A stretch of 64,000 bases of DNA from Octopus sinensis (GCF_006345805.1 NC_043004.1:35588001-35652000), one strand, 5' to 3'; positions 26,066-39,117 are shown, counted from the stretch's first letter. Made by a program: numbers and translations. Notes: generated by a model from the letters alone, not told the origin.

Positions 26066-26472
26066 AAGATGGCGAGCTGGTAGAAACGTTAGCATGTCGG
26101 GTGAAATGCTTTGCAGTATTTCGTCTGCTGCTACGTTCTGAGTTCAAATTCCGCCAAGGTCGACTTTACCTTTCATCCTTTCAGGGTCGATTAAATAAGT
26201 ACTAGTTATGCACTGGGGTCAATATAATCGACTTAATCCGTTTGTCTGTCCTTGTTTGTCCTCTCTGTGTTTAGCCCCTTGTGAGTAGTAAAGAAATAGG
26301 TATTTCATCTGTCTGTATCTTCTGAGTTCAAATTCCACCGAGGTCGACTTTGCCTTTCATCCTTTCGGGCTCGATTAAATAAGTACCAGTTACATACTGG
26401 GGTCAATATAATCAACTTTATCCGTTTGTCTGTCCTCTCTGTGTTTAGCCCCCTGTGGCCAATAAAGAAATA
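26066..26472 (+). mobile_element. Family A SINE dimer
   Basis: Head gatggcgagctggtagaaacgttagc, then two bodies joined at aaagaaatag|gtatttc. Confidence 0.85.
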
Positions 26473-26533
26473 GGTGGTGGTGGTGGTGGTGGTGGTGGTG
26501 GTGGTGGTGGTGGTGGTGGTGGTGGTGGTGGTG
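26473..26533. repeat. (GGT)n microsatellite
   Basis: About 20 uninterrupted GGT units directly at the SINE 3' end. Confidence 0.95.
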
Positions 26534-27269
26534 ACAGTGACAACACCTACAGTGATGTTGATGACAACAACAGCAATGACACTGCAGCTCCCAAGGAGCT
26601 ACGTTTCTTTGCTGTATTTCGCTTAACTTCCAGGAAGTGGAGCACCTTCCAGTTTGGGGTTTCTCTGTTCTTAGCAGAAATATTACCAAGCTTGATATCA
26701 AATTATCATTGATATTCTTGAGGTATATTAAGTGATTCCATTTGAAACTATAATAAATAAACTGCTTGTAACAAGTGGTTAGTCGTCTTAGAGGCAGAGT
26801 TTCTCAGAGAAATTTGTCGACACTAAGTAAGATTACTTTTGGTGGTCAGAGATGTAGTGACCAAATGAAGCTCTCAGATATAAATTTAGTTTAGAATGGA
26901 ATTTGAACTTGGAATATTGGGAGGGCAGTACTTATTTTTCAACTCACTACCTCTACCACACCCACCACCACCACCATTAAAGGAAACCTTTACTCAATTG
27001 CTTGAGATCCTTCAGAAAGTCATGACTTGCCATTTTGTAAAATAGGGATGCATTATTTAATGAAGTCTTAGATAGACTATATCTGATAGGGTGGTCATGG
27101 CAGAGTGGATACCGACCATAGATCTACTCAAATAGAACTGATCTGTTCAAATAAACTATTGTGGAGTACTTGAGTTGACAAAAGAGTTGCTGTGTTCTTG
27201 TGCAACCTTTACCAAAAACATTGTTGAACTTTATAGATTCCCTTTTATTTTTTAAAGAAAGTAATTACT

Positions 27270-27672
27270 CTTTTACTTGTCTCAGTCATTTGACTGTGGT
27301 CATGCTGGAGCACCGCCTTTAGTCGAGCAAATCAACCCCAGAACTTATTCTTTGTAAGCCTAGTACTTATTCTATCAGTCTCCTTTGCCAAACCACTAAG
27401 TTACAGGGACACAAACACACCAGCATCGGTTGTCAGGCGATGTTGGGGGGACAAACGGAGACATGCAAACATATACACACATACACTCACATATATACAT
27501 TTACATATATACGACAGGCTTCTTTTAGTTTCCGTCTACCAAATCCACTCACAAGGCTTTGACCGGCCTGAGCCTATAGTAGAAAACACTTGCCCAAGGT
27601 ACCACGCAATGGGACTGAACCCGGAACTATGTGGTTGGTAAGCAAGCTACTTACCACACAGCCACTCCTATG
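27270..27672 (-). mobile_element. tRNA-headed SINE, family B, near full length
   Basis: Reverse complement: aggagtggctgtgtggtaagtagcttgcttaccaaccacatagttccgggttcagtcccattgcgtggtaccttgggcaagtgttttctactatagg... (A/B-box-like head and a CORE-like ccttgggcaagt motif). Confidence 0.8.
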
Positions 27673-27699
27673 CCTAGGAGTGGCTGTGTGATAATTATG

Positions 27700-27925
27700 A
27701 ACATTGGTTTCAAATTTTGGCACAAGGCCAGCAAATTTTTGTTCTGGTGGGGAGTTAAATCGATTATATCAACTTTGGTACTCACTTGGTACTTATTCTA
27801 TTGTCCCGGGAAGGATGAAAAACAAAACTGACCTCAGCAAGATTTGAACTCAGAACATAAAGACAGACAAAATGTCACTCAGCATTTTGCCTGACAGGCT
27901 AACGATTCTGCCATCTCATCCCCTT
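27700..27925 (-). mobile_element. Family A SINE
   Basis: gatttgaactcagaacataaagacagac...ctaacgattctgcca core. Confidence 0.75.
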
Positions 27926-29349
27926 AAGAATTATGAACATTGACAAACAAGTTACAGGGAGACAATAAATAAACTGTAAACAACAGCAACTTGTAGGCGG
28001 TGGTGGCAGTGGTGCAGGGAATTCTTTATTCTTATAATGGTTTCAGTCATAGGATTGTAGCCATGCTGGAGCACCACCTTAATTTATTCTCTTTCAGCTT
28101 TGTTATTGCCTTATGACTGGAAGTTGGCCTAGAACTGAATCTGTGGCAGCAGATCTTTCCTGAGTTTAGCGTTGAATGGCTGGCTGGTCCAGTATCATCG
28201 TCAGGAGTTAATCCAATGATTTCTTTTTTAATGCTTCCTTGGAGGTCCCTTTTATAGTTCTGATTTCTCTAAGTAGGCAGTTGATCAAATGAGGATCTCT
28301 AAATATCAGACTACAATAATTAGCAGGTGGAGACACTGAAATAAACTAACAGTGTAATTGCTACAGTTGAGCATATCTTAATATCTTGATAACAATAATA
28401 AATGACTACAGCAATAGTTGTGAAAGCCATGGTAACAATAGCCTCATCAGCTTAATTAAACATAATAGTATTCAATTCACTCAGATGTGATAAATAGTAC
28501 CAATTATTTTATTTTATATTGCAATTTGTTAACATCAACATTGTTGCTTACTGGTTTCCAGTGACATATTTATTGCATTTTTGCAGCAAGAGTGACAGGT
28601 GAGGGTCCAACCATATGTCACAAACTTCATTTTTAAATCATCGTTTTTGGTTTGTTTAGATTTGGCCCCTGATATTTCACTCTTATGCTGATAAAAACTG
28701 AGGGAAGATACACACACAACAGGCTTTTGCACAGCTCTCATCCAGTAAATTCTATTCACAAAAACATTGAAGAACGCAATGTTGTTTAACTCCTTCCAGT
28801 TCCACCTTAATGGAACTGACCATACAGTATTTGTTTAGCTCCAGTTCAGCCCAGATATACAGTGCTAACTAGATAAAAACGACAAGCAAACTGAATTCCT
28901 GGCAATTCTACTTGATACAGGATATTATAGAAGCTAATATATTGTAGTAGGGAAGACATGACGGTATTATAGAAATTATACCAACAGAAGATGTGAGACC
29001 AACTCCACAAAATAGCAAAACACTTCTTTCCTTCACCAATTCTACAATGTTGCCACTATCAACTGTGTTACAATAACAAAATAAGCTGCTAAGCTATTGA
29101 GAACGAAATGCTTTAAACAGAGGTACAATACAAGGATATTAACAGGACAGACATTACTGCTGTTATTGTTTAGCCCCAGGACAACCATGAGTAGAGTTAT
29201 GATTAATAGACATTCAAGTTGTCAGCATCACATTGTTTTGTACATTAACATCTTCATGGTCCTATGTGCCCCCTTTTCATGTTGACTCATCATTTCAATT
29301 AAGACATCTCCAACCATTTGGAAAAGTATTTACTGATCAATATAACTGG

Positions 29350-29668
29350 CAGTCCACTGATTACAATCACGAGGGTTCCAGTTGATCAATAGAAAAGCAT
29401 GCTCATGCAATTAACATACAAGTGGTTGAGTACTCCACAGACATGCATGCCAATAATGCAGTTCTCAGGGAGATTCAGCATGACACAGAACATGACAAGG
29501 CTGGCCCCCTTCAAAATTACAGGTACAACTCATTTTTGCCAGGTGAGTGGACTAGAGCCAGATGAAATAAAGTGTCTTGCTCAAAGACACAACATGTCCC
29601 TGGGTATTGAACTTATGACCTTACAATCACGAGCCAAATGCCCTAACCACTAAACTATGCACCTTCAC
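29350..29668 (-). mobile_element. tRNA-headed SINE, family D
   Basis: Reverse complement head aaggtgcatagtttagtggttagggcatttggctcgtgattgtaaggtcataagttcaatacc, followed by gttgtgtctttgagcaagacactttatttc. Confidence 0.7.
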
Positions 29669-30442
29669 AAGTAACCAATATACAGTTTAGTCATAATGCA
29701 ACATGAATCAGAAATGCTGAAATAAATTTAAATATTATAAAGTGTGAGTAGTCAATGATATAATGTCTGGTAAATACTGCTAAGCAAGAGATAAGCTTAC
29801 ATTTTATAGCTTTTCATGGTGATTTTTTTTCAGTCATTTCTGATTGAATACAACATCATAGAACTTAGATTAAAGCCCTTAAAAAAAAAAAAAAATGGTC
29901 TGAAGATTGCAACATCCCATTTTCTTCTGGCATAAAAAAAAACATTATGATTTCAATGATTTCATTCTTTTTTAAAAGATAATTCTATATATTTAGAGGA
30001 ATAGTCACATAAGTATCTTTCTTTGGGTAGAATAACCAAATATGAGACAATCGAACTCAGCAGCCATAAATGTTTGCATTTCAAATTTCCCTCAATGATT
30101 TCTTTCCTCATTTGAAAATCAAAATGAAAAACAACATTTTAATAATCAATCAATTACCGATAATAATAAATATCATACATTAGCGTTATTGATTTCAATC
30201 TTATGTAACCTCCTTCAACATTTCAAAGTTATTTAAAAAAAAGAGACAGACATAAATACACACACAAACACACATACAGATGTATGTGTGTGTATATATA
30301 CATGTATATGTGTGTGTGTGTGTGTGTGTGTATGCATGTGTGTATATATATATATATAATTCATATATATATATATATATATATAATTCATAGATGAGAA
30401 TCAAGTATTCTCTGTATAGAATTGTGCACATGTGTGTGTGTG

Positions 30443-30476
<34 letters not shown>

Positions 30477-30984
30477 CATACATACATACATACATACATA
30501 CACATGTATATATAAGAATAGAACAGTAATAACTGTAGCAAAATATTGCCCAGAGATCTTTCATTAACATCTTTCCGAGGCATAATATTTCTCTCCCAGA
30601 GAACCACATTTACTGGAATGGGTGTAACTAGCTTCTTTATGGTTATCTGTCATATACACTATGGAAATTTACAGCTTTTGTCTGAAAATTTTATTTCTCT
30701 AGTTATGATTTGTGAGAACATTTTCGCTGAACTCAACAAAATACCACTTACCTTGCAGAATTTGTTTGTTTTGTGTGTTTGTGGTATTATTTTTATTTCT
30801 TTTAATATGTTCATACTCGCATAAATACATAATAAAGAGACTTCTACTTGGGTATATATTTAGATATGAATAATGAATATATACACATGTAAATATTTTT
30901 GCATACTGTGTGCATACATACATACATGCATATACATATGCACATGCTCACACATATATCTATGATCATGTATATATAGGTATA

Positions 30985-31030
<46 letters not shown>

Positions 31031-31269
31031 TGTATATATATATGGGCATATATATGGGTATATATGTGTGTATACAGGTGTATGTGTAGGAATATATATA
31101 GTGCTGACTGTTGGAAGAAACAATATTAGATGCCATAGTGGAGATTAATAATATCTTTATTTTAATCAAGTCAGTCTTTTTCCACCCACACCTGGGTACC
31201 TGAAACACAGAATAGCAAAACCAAAATAAAAATATTACACTTTAATCTTTTATCTTTAACTTGTTTCAA

Positions 31270-31870
31270 GCATTAGTCTGCATCCATGCAGAGGCCCTGC
31301 TTTGAATAATCTTGAGTCAAATGAATCTGATCCTTGTGCCTATATTTTATTTGAAGCCTGAAATTTATTCTATTAATCTCTTTTGTCAAACTACTAAGTT
31401 ATGGGGACATAGACAAATCAACACCCCCTTTATCAAGCAGTAGTACGAGACAAACACAGACCCACAGACACACAAACATCATCATCATCATCATCGTTTA
31501 ACATCCGTTTTCCATGCTGGCAAGGGTTGGACAGTTTGACTGGGGTCTTGGAAGCCAGGAGGCTGCACCAAGCCCCAATCTGATCTGGCAGTGTTTCTAC
31601 AGCTTGATGCCCTTCCTAATGCCAGCCACTCTGAGAGTGTAGTGAGTGCTTTTTATGTTCCACTGGCACAGGGGCCAGAAGAGCTGGCCATTGACCAACA
31701 TAGATATATATACACATGCAGATATACAAACAACACTCTTTCTTCAGGTTCTACCTACCAAATCCACTCAGCCCAAGGCTACGGCAGAAGACACTTTTCC
31801 AAGATAATATGCAGTGGAAATCAGAGCCATGTGTTTAGGAAGCAAACTTCAATGCACAAAGCCATGTCTG
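31270..31870 (-). mobile_element. Family B SINE interrupted by a family C RTE 3' end (31485-31690)
   Basis: Family B motifs (gtcaaactactaagttatggggac; ctaccaaatccactca) flank a (CAT)n-tttaacatccgttttccatgctgg...gatgcccttcctaatgcc segment. Confidence 0.65.
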
Positions 31871-32207
31871 TGCCTCTATATTATATATGTGGTGGGGTGT
31901 ACTCATACATATATATATGTGTGTGTGTGTGTGTGTCTGTATGTCTGTGAATATATATAGATATATCTTTTTGAGAGTTAGAGGTTGGGATGCCAACCTA
32001 GTAAGGGATAGTTCCTATCCAATATACTGTACCCAATTATTCATACCCAAATGCTGGTTACTGCGTGGCAAATTTGCAATTGAGAGTCATATATGGTAGG
32101 GGTAAAAAGAGGTTTACCCTTAATTTATATGATGAATAAGAGAAAATGGAGAGAATAAAAAAACCAGAAACTTATGTTGTTTTGTATCCTCTCCATTTTC
32201 TCTTATT

Positions 32208-32254
<47 letters not shown>

Positions 32255-33629
32255 CATACACACATTGGTCAGTTGTTGATAAATCTAAAACTTTATTGGT
32301 TATGACCAGTCAGAGAGTGATCATTAATTTCACAGTTATAATTAAATATTTGAAGGTGGTGGACATGTATGGATGTAACTCAATGACTGTAACTAGAAAA
32401 AGCTTACAACACTGGCTTATGAGATGAATAGTTACTGAAACATCTTATTGTCCTGTGAATTAGCTTGTAACAAATACTTCATTTTTTTAATCATGTCATA
32501 CACTTCAGGTCTATTGTTCCTGTTTATTTATTTTAATTACAGACATAACATCATATACCAACTCCCTGTTGAATCATTGTGCACTTTCTGTGAATTATCC
32601 TACAATGAACAAAATTTGTATTCCATACAATTCTGTGAATTTTACCCATTATATAAATATAAATGTAAATAGATAGACAGACAGACAGATAGATAGATAT
32701 ACATATTTTGCTTAGGCATTGCAATACTAAAAATTTGGTGTAGAACTCAGTATATTTATGCTTCTGAATGAAGCAGAAAAGAGATGATAATGGAATAAAT
32801 GATTATCTTGTGAACTTCCTTAGCTTACAGTTGTTTCCTCGATAAGATGCAGTGGACTCATAGTTGAATGCCTAAGTAACAACTCAGTTTCATAAGAGGC
32901 TCAAACATGAAGTGCAGATCACACACACACACACACATATATGTATATATATATATAAATGTATATGTATTTTTTCGTGTGTACAAATAGCAGAAAAAAT
33001 AAATAGTTACCAAAGTAGCAAGAATTCACATAAGTGCCAAGGATATTACAGCCTACTTATAAAGGTTAAGTGAAATGCTTTTGAATAACATAGATAAATT
33101 AAGAAATGGAATCAAATGCAGGTGTTATTCAAATCTTTATACTTCCAACATATGTTTCGAAAAAAGCATAAAATAAAATTATATAAAAAAATGCAATCAT
33201 CTCATCAGGGAAAAAAGAGAAGCAAAACACATCAATAAGTCATTTTAACTGAATGTGATTATCATGTATATGATGAAGGGGAATGCTGGCAACTTATGTT
33301 TGAAAAATAACTTGCCAGCATTCCATATATATGAATGTCCATACATACATATAAATATACGTACAGCATTCTCACACCATCTCCAACGAAGGCATATATA
33401 AAATATCCTGGAAACAGCTGTAAGACCTTCTATTTACAAATGTTCTAAAATCTTTCACAGCCTTGGATTTTTATCTCATTCTGAAAATTTTTATATATAC
33501 ATATGCTGACATATGACCTATGTTAGACTCCTCATTCACATAATCACCAAATCTGGAGCTTAAGTATAGCACTTATTCAGCATCTCCTGACACCTTTGGG
33601 TCTTATTGACACCATTACCTCTCATAACT

Positions 33630-33675
<46 letters not shown>

Positions 33676-33989
33676 AATATATATATGTATATAAAAATTA
33701 GAAAGAAAACACCTTTTATCAATTCAAAATGAAAAATTAAATTACACCATCTAGAAAATTACATATAATAAAAAGATTAAATATAAGATAAAAAATATAA
33801 CGATGATTAAGTAATGTGCAAAATAATAAATAAAAAGTATATATTTGGTAGAATATATATATACGCATACATATATATATATGTATATGTATGTATATGT
33901 TATATGTATATGTGTGTGTGTTTGTAAGCATGTGCATATGTGTGTGTGCATGCATGCATATATACATATGCTGGTGTCATATAAATGAC

Positions 33990-34370
33990 ACTGTGCCCAT
34001 AAGGCATGGTTGTTGCTAGTGTCATGTAAATGTCATGGCACCCATGAGTTGTGGTCATTGCCAGTACTGTGCAAATGGCACCCATGAGTTGTCAGGATCA
34101 CTGCCGGTACCATGTAAATGGCATCCACTCATGAACTGTAGTCATGGTCAATGCAGGTGTCATGTAAAAGGCAACCATGCCGGTGGCATGTAAAAGCATC
34201 CATTACACTCCTTGAGTGGTTGGTATTGGGAAGGGCATCCAGCCGTAGAAACCATGCCAAATCAAACTGGAACATGGTGCAGCTCTCCAGCTCATCATCT
34301 CCAGTCAAACTATCTAACGCATGCATGCAATTATGGAGAGCAGACATTAAACAATGATGATGATGATAAT
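33990..34370 (+). mobile_element. RTE 3' UTR (family C) with decayed short tandem repeats
   Basis: Repeated gtaaatggcacccatgag units, then gtggttggtattgggaagggcatccagccgtagaaacc...gacattaaacaatgatgatg. Confidence 0.75.
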
Positions 34371-35217
34371 GTTATATGTGTGTGTGTGTATGTATGTATG
34401 TAAGTATGCATGTGTGTATTTTTGTGTAACTTGTGTGACTGTACATACCTGTATGTATGTATATATATATGCATACATGTGTGCCTGCAATTATATAAGC
34501 ATTTATACATATACATATGCATGAATGTCCATATATACATATAAATATACATACAGTCATCTCTCTCTCTCTGTCTATCTTTCTACCTCAACATCCTAAA
34601 CATACACACATGTATATACATTCAAATACTTCATTTGATTTTTATTTGTGCTTTTCTCTTCTTTTTTTGTTGCTGTGTATTATTCAATTGTGCTTTGTTT
34701 AGAAATGAGTGCAGTGCTTAGAAAATGTAAATAATTGTCTTCTGAGACATAACAATAAAGTAACACCATTGTTTGCGATTATGCAAATTTTTATCATCTC
34801 TTTGTCAATAAAATTTACATATTCACTAACTACAAGATATTTTCTGCTTGGTCTAATAGCAACTAATCTAAGAGATTCTCAAATGAAATTTACTTATAAA
34901 ACTATTGATGGTTGTTGACTCAAGACCAATGCCTTTATCAAATTTTAGATTTATACTGCCCTGCCGCCTTCCCTCTCTTCCTACTTTCCCTTTTGTACTC
35001 TTTTCTCTTTTATTTTTTTCTGGTTCATTCCACAAACTATGTTAGTTACAATTTCAGTTTTCAGTTCAATCAAATAATTGTATCTTTTAGAGTTACTTTC
35101 ATGACAAATAAAATGCGTAAAAGTGTAAGTAGTATACAGTGAGGTTAAAAATACAACTAAATCATGGAAGGTTATGCAGTATGGTCTACTGGATTTATTG
35201 CTATTATTATTATTATT

Positions 35218-36085
35218 AAGGTGGTGAGCTGGCAGAATCGTTAGCATGCCAGGTAAAATGGTTAGCAGCATTTTGTCAGTCTTTATGTTCTGAGTTCAAA
35301 TTCCACCAAGGTTGACTTTGCCTTTCATCCTTTCAGGGCCAATAAATTAAGTACCACTGAAACATTGGGGTTGATGTTATTGACTAGTCCTCTCCCCCAA
35401 AATTTCAAGCCTTGTGCCTTATGTAGAAAGTATTATTATCATCATCATCATCATCATCAAGGCAGTAAGCTAGCAGAATGCTTAGCAACATTTCGTCCAC
35501 CTTTGCATTCTGAGTTCAAATTCCACTGGAGTCAATAGTCTCTCATCTTTCCAGGGTTGATAAAATGTGTACCAGTTGAACATGGGGATCCATGTAATTA
35601 TCTTACCCCTTTCTCCTAAACTTCTGGCTTTGTACCAGAATTTGAAATTATTATTATCATTAAGGCGGCAAGCTGGCAGAATCATTACCATACTGGGCAA
35701 AATGCTTAGCGGTATTTCATCTGAGTTCAAATACTGCCGAGGTCGACTTTGCTTTTCATCCTTTCGGGATCAATTAAATAAGTACCCGTTATGCACTGGG
35801 GTCAATGTAATTGATTTATTCCCTTCCCCCAAATTTGAGGCCTTATGCTTCCAGTAGAAAGAATCATCATCATCATCAAGGCAACAAATAGACAGAACCA
35901 GGGAAAATGCTTTTACAGTATTTTTCCAGTTTCATGTTCCAAGTTCAAATTTTGCTAAAGTAAACTTTAAAGTTCAGCTTTTCATTCTTGATGAAATAAG
36001 TACCAGTTATGTACTGGCATCAACGTAATCAACTGGCCCCCATCCTCCAAATTTCAAGCCCTGCACCTGTAGTAGAAAGGATTAT
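35218..36085 (+). mobile_element. Train of four head-to-tail family A SINEs separated by (ATT)/(ATC) tails
   Basis: Heads at about 35218, 35458, 35660 and 35878. Most copies end with agtagaaag-like sequence plus a trinucleotide tail. Confidence 0.8.
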
Positions 36086-36175
36086 TATTATTATTTGATG
36101 AAATTTCTGAGCTTATTATGCAGGGTATGATAGAAAGCGTTAGCTGTCCACGGCCAGCAGACTAAGGTGACACTC

Positions 36176-36213
<38 letters not shown>

Positions 36214-36236
36214 TATATATATAATATATATATATA

Positions 36237-36565
36237 CTCTGTGATGACATCTCTCACGCCGGACTTCGCAGAGTATATATATACAGAGTATATATATACA
36301 GAGTATACACACAGCAAGTATAGATGGGCTGGACACGTCGCCCGGCTCACTGATAATCGGTAGACCCACGCAGTTGTCGAGTGGTACCCACTTGAGCGGA
36401 AAAAACCACCCGGAAGACCTCCACGACGGTGGAGTTACGATTTCAGGAGGACGATTGGGATCATGTGGATGAGAAAGGCACAATCCAGAGAGGAGTGGAC
36501 AGTGTGCTGTGACCAGTGTGCTGTGTCAAATGGACGCCTGACGGACTGGTCGGTCAAGGTGATAT
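36237..36565 (+). mobile_element. RTE LINE 3' coding end with an inverted 5' piece
   Basis: 36318 onward reads YRWAGHVARLTDNR*THAVVEWYPLERKKPPGRPPRRWSYDFRRTIG...AQSREEW. 36237-36273 reads KSGVRDVITE on the minus strand. Confidence 0.85.
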
Positions 36566-36589
36566 ATATATATACTTACACATACACAT

Positions 36590-37030
36590 CATCATCATCA
36601 TTTAACGTCCACTTTCCTTGCTAGCATGGGTTGGACGATTTGACTGAGGACTGGTGAACCAGATGGCTGTGCCAAGCTCCAATCTGATCTGGCAGAGTTT
36701 CTACAGCTGGATGCCCTTTCTAATGCCAACCGCTCCGAGAGTGTTTGGGTGCTTTTACGTGCCACCGGTACTGGCAACGGCCACACTCGAAATGGTGTTT
36801 TTTACATGCCACCTGCATAGGAGTCAGTCCAGTGGCACAGGCAATGACTTCACTCGAATCTTTTTTTCAAGTGCCAGTAAAGCGACGCTGGTAACGATCA
36901 CATTCAAATGGTACTTTTTACGTATCACTGGCACAGAAGCCAGACAGCCGCTCTGGCAGTGATCCCACTCGGATGGAGCTGTTAGCGCTCCACTGGCACT
37001 AGTGCCAGTCATCGAATTTGGTTCAATTTC
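36590..37030 (-). mobile_element. RTE 3' UTR (family C)
   Basis: (CAT)n-tttaacgtccactttccttgctagcatgggttggacg...gatgccctttctaatgccaacc, then variant tttacgtgccacc repeats. Confidence 0.8.
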
Positions 37031-37840
37031 AACATATATATGTGTGTATATACATGCATGTGTGCGTGTGTGTGTGCATATGTGCATGTGTGTGTCTTAG
37101 TGAGATAGAATGCATGTGAGTGTATGGTATATTTTTCCATATGTTTCTCTCTTCTTTCTCCTAACCTGATTACACCCAAACTTCTACCATTATGTTTATA
37201 AATAAAGGCTAAATTAAAGAATTATTGATGATATTTATCATTATCGATAATTCCTTAATTTACCCTTTGTTTAATATATAAACACTCCTATATTTTGCTA
37301 CATACATGGCTACACATGGAGGGCATAAAATTGTTTGCTTTAATGAAAATTCAATATTTTTGCTTTTACAACTTTGCAACTGTTTCGCAAATATTCAATA
37401 TCATACATATATATTCATTTAAGTTTCCCCCTTATACAGACTTGCCATATGATTGTGTTGCTGTGTGTGTGTAGCAAAATGCAGAAGCATTCGTATTTTA
37501 AACAGGGAATAAATGAAAGAATTGTTGGAAATGTTAAGCCTCATCAATAATTCTAGCTTTAAAAATTGCTTCCCTAAAATTAATAAATTTATTTTTTGAG
37601 ATAATCGAGTATTTGGGCAATATTATAGAATTTCCAAAATTAGCTTCATGCAGTCCTCTGTCAGCTTCTGCCTAACTGTCCAACCTATGCCAGCTTGGAA
37701 AGTAGACATTAAATGATGAGGATGAATTCTCAGTACCACCACCAAGATTTTTATCCCTTTTACTAATGATATCACCCCTCATTGCTATTAACAACAATTA
37801 ATAGCAGTTCTTTTATCATGACCATTGCTATTATTATTAT

Positions 37841-38302
37841 TGATTTCATATTTTGGCACAAGGCCAGTGCCTGAGAGAGTGGGGGTAAGTCGATTACATC
37901 AACCCCAGAGCACAGGTGGTACTTATTTTATTGACCCAGAGAAATGAAAGGTTAAGTCGACCCCAGCAGTATTTGAACTCAGAACGTAAAGTCAGAAGAA
38001 ATGCCACTAAGCATTTTGCCCAGCATGACAAGCATTCTGCCAGCTTGCCATCTCATGCCATTATTATTATCGTTACCACCTTCAAGGTGTCGAGTTGGTA
38101 GAATCGTTGGCTTACCTGGCAAAATGCTTAGCAGCATATCATCAATCGTCAGATTCTGAGTTCAAATTCTATCAGGCTCAGTTTTGCCTGTCATCCTTTC
38201 AGAGTCAATAAAATAAGTTGAACATTGGGGGAGGGGTCTATGTAATCAACTTAGCCTCTCCCCTCCGAAATTGCTGGCCTTGAACCATAACTTGAAACCA
38301 TT
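37841..38302. mobile_element. Head-to-head pair of family A SINEs (37841-38053 minus; 38084-38302 plus)
   Basis: atttgaactcagaacg (37971-37986) versus attctgagttcaaat (38153-38167); heads about 30 bp apart. Confidence 0.75.
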
Positions 38303-38609
38303 ATTGTTAACATCTTTCAGACCTATGGGTTTTTATTTCCTGTTTTTACATAGCTTGACCTTTAACACTAATTCATGGGAAACAACTCATCCTTGTTCCC
38401 TTCTGTTTTTGCATTAAATCTACACCAAAATGTTTTTTTTTTATTTTTACTAAAATTTCATTTCATCCTAATGTTAGCACCAAATGAACTTGCCCTAAAG
38501 AGGTTATCTAATTTTGACCAAAATAAATACAGAGATGTCAATATTCTTGTAACGTTTAAAGCTTGAGAAACCCCACTTATTTTGTTATATCACATGTGAG
38601 ACTCTAAGG

Positions 38610-39117
38610 CAGTGTTTCTCAACCTTTTCACCTTTGTGTAACCTTTAGAATAAATTATATGTCACAAGGAACCCCTGCACAAAAAAAATTATATACCATA
38701 TCTTTCTCATATTTTTTCCATCGTATATATATATATATCTGTAAATGTAATATGTGACAATTAAATTGCCACATATTACATTTACAAATTCCTCTATTTA
38801 CATAATATCAAGGTCTTTTTCTTTCTTCTGTTGTTTAACCATTTCTATCAATATATATATATATATATGTGTATGTATGTATATATATATAGGGTATCCA
38901 TAAATTACAGACAGACATCACTAAATATATCCCCAATGGTTGTTATATTTTTTTGATAACCTAATAGGTTAGACAGGATGATGTCTATATTACAAAAACC
39001 AATAATATGTTGGGCATGTATAATAATATTACCATCATGAAATTAGTAATAGCTTATTTCACTCTTTCTCATGGAACCCCTAGGAACTTTTTGTGGAACC
39101 CTGGTGGAGAAACACTG
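38610..39117. mobile_element. hAT (Charlie-like) MITE with 8-bp TSD
   Basis: TIRs cagtgtttctcaac / gtggagaaacactg. The identical 8-mer ctctaagg lies at 38602-38609 and 39118-39125. Confidence 0.9.

Noticed and set aside
26473-26533. Poly-Gly or poly-His ORFs and G-quadruplex function of (GGT)n
   Set aside because: A simple repeat at a SINE tail. Only two-tier G-tracts and no independent evidence of function.
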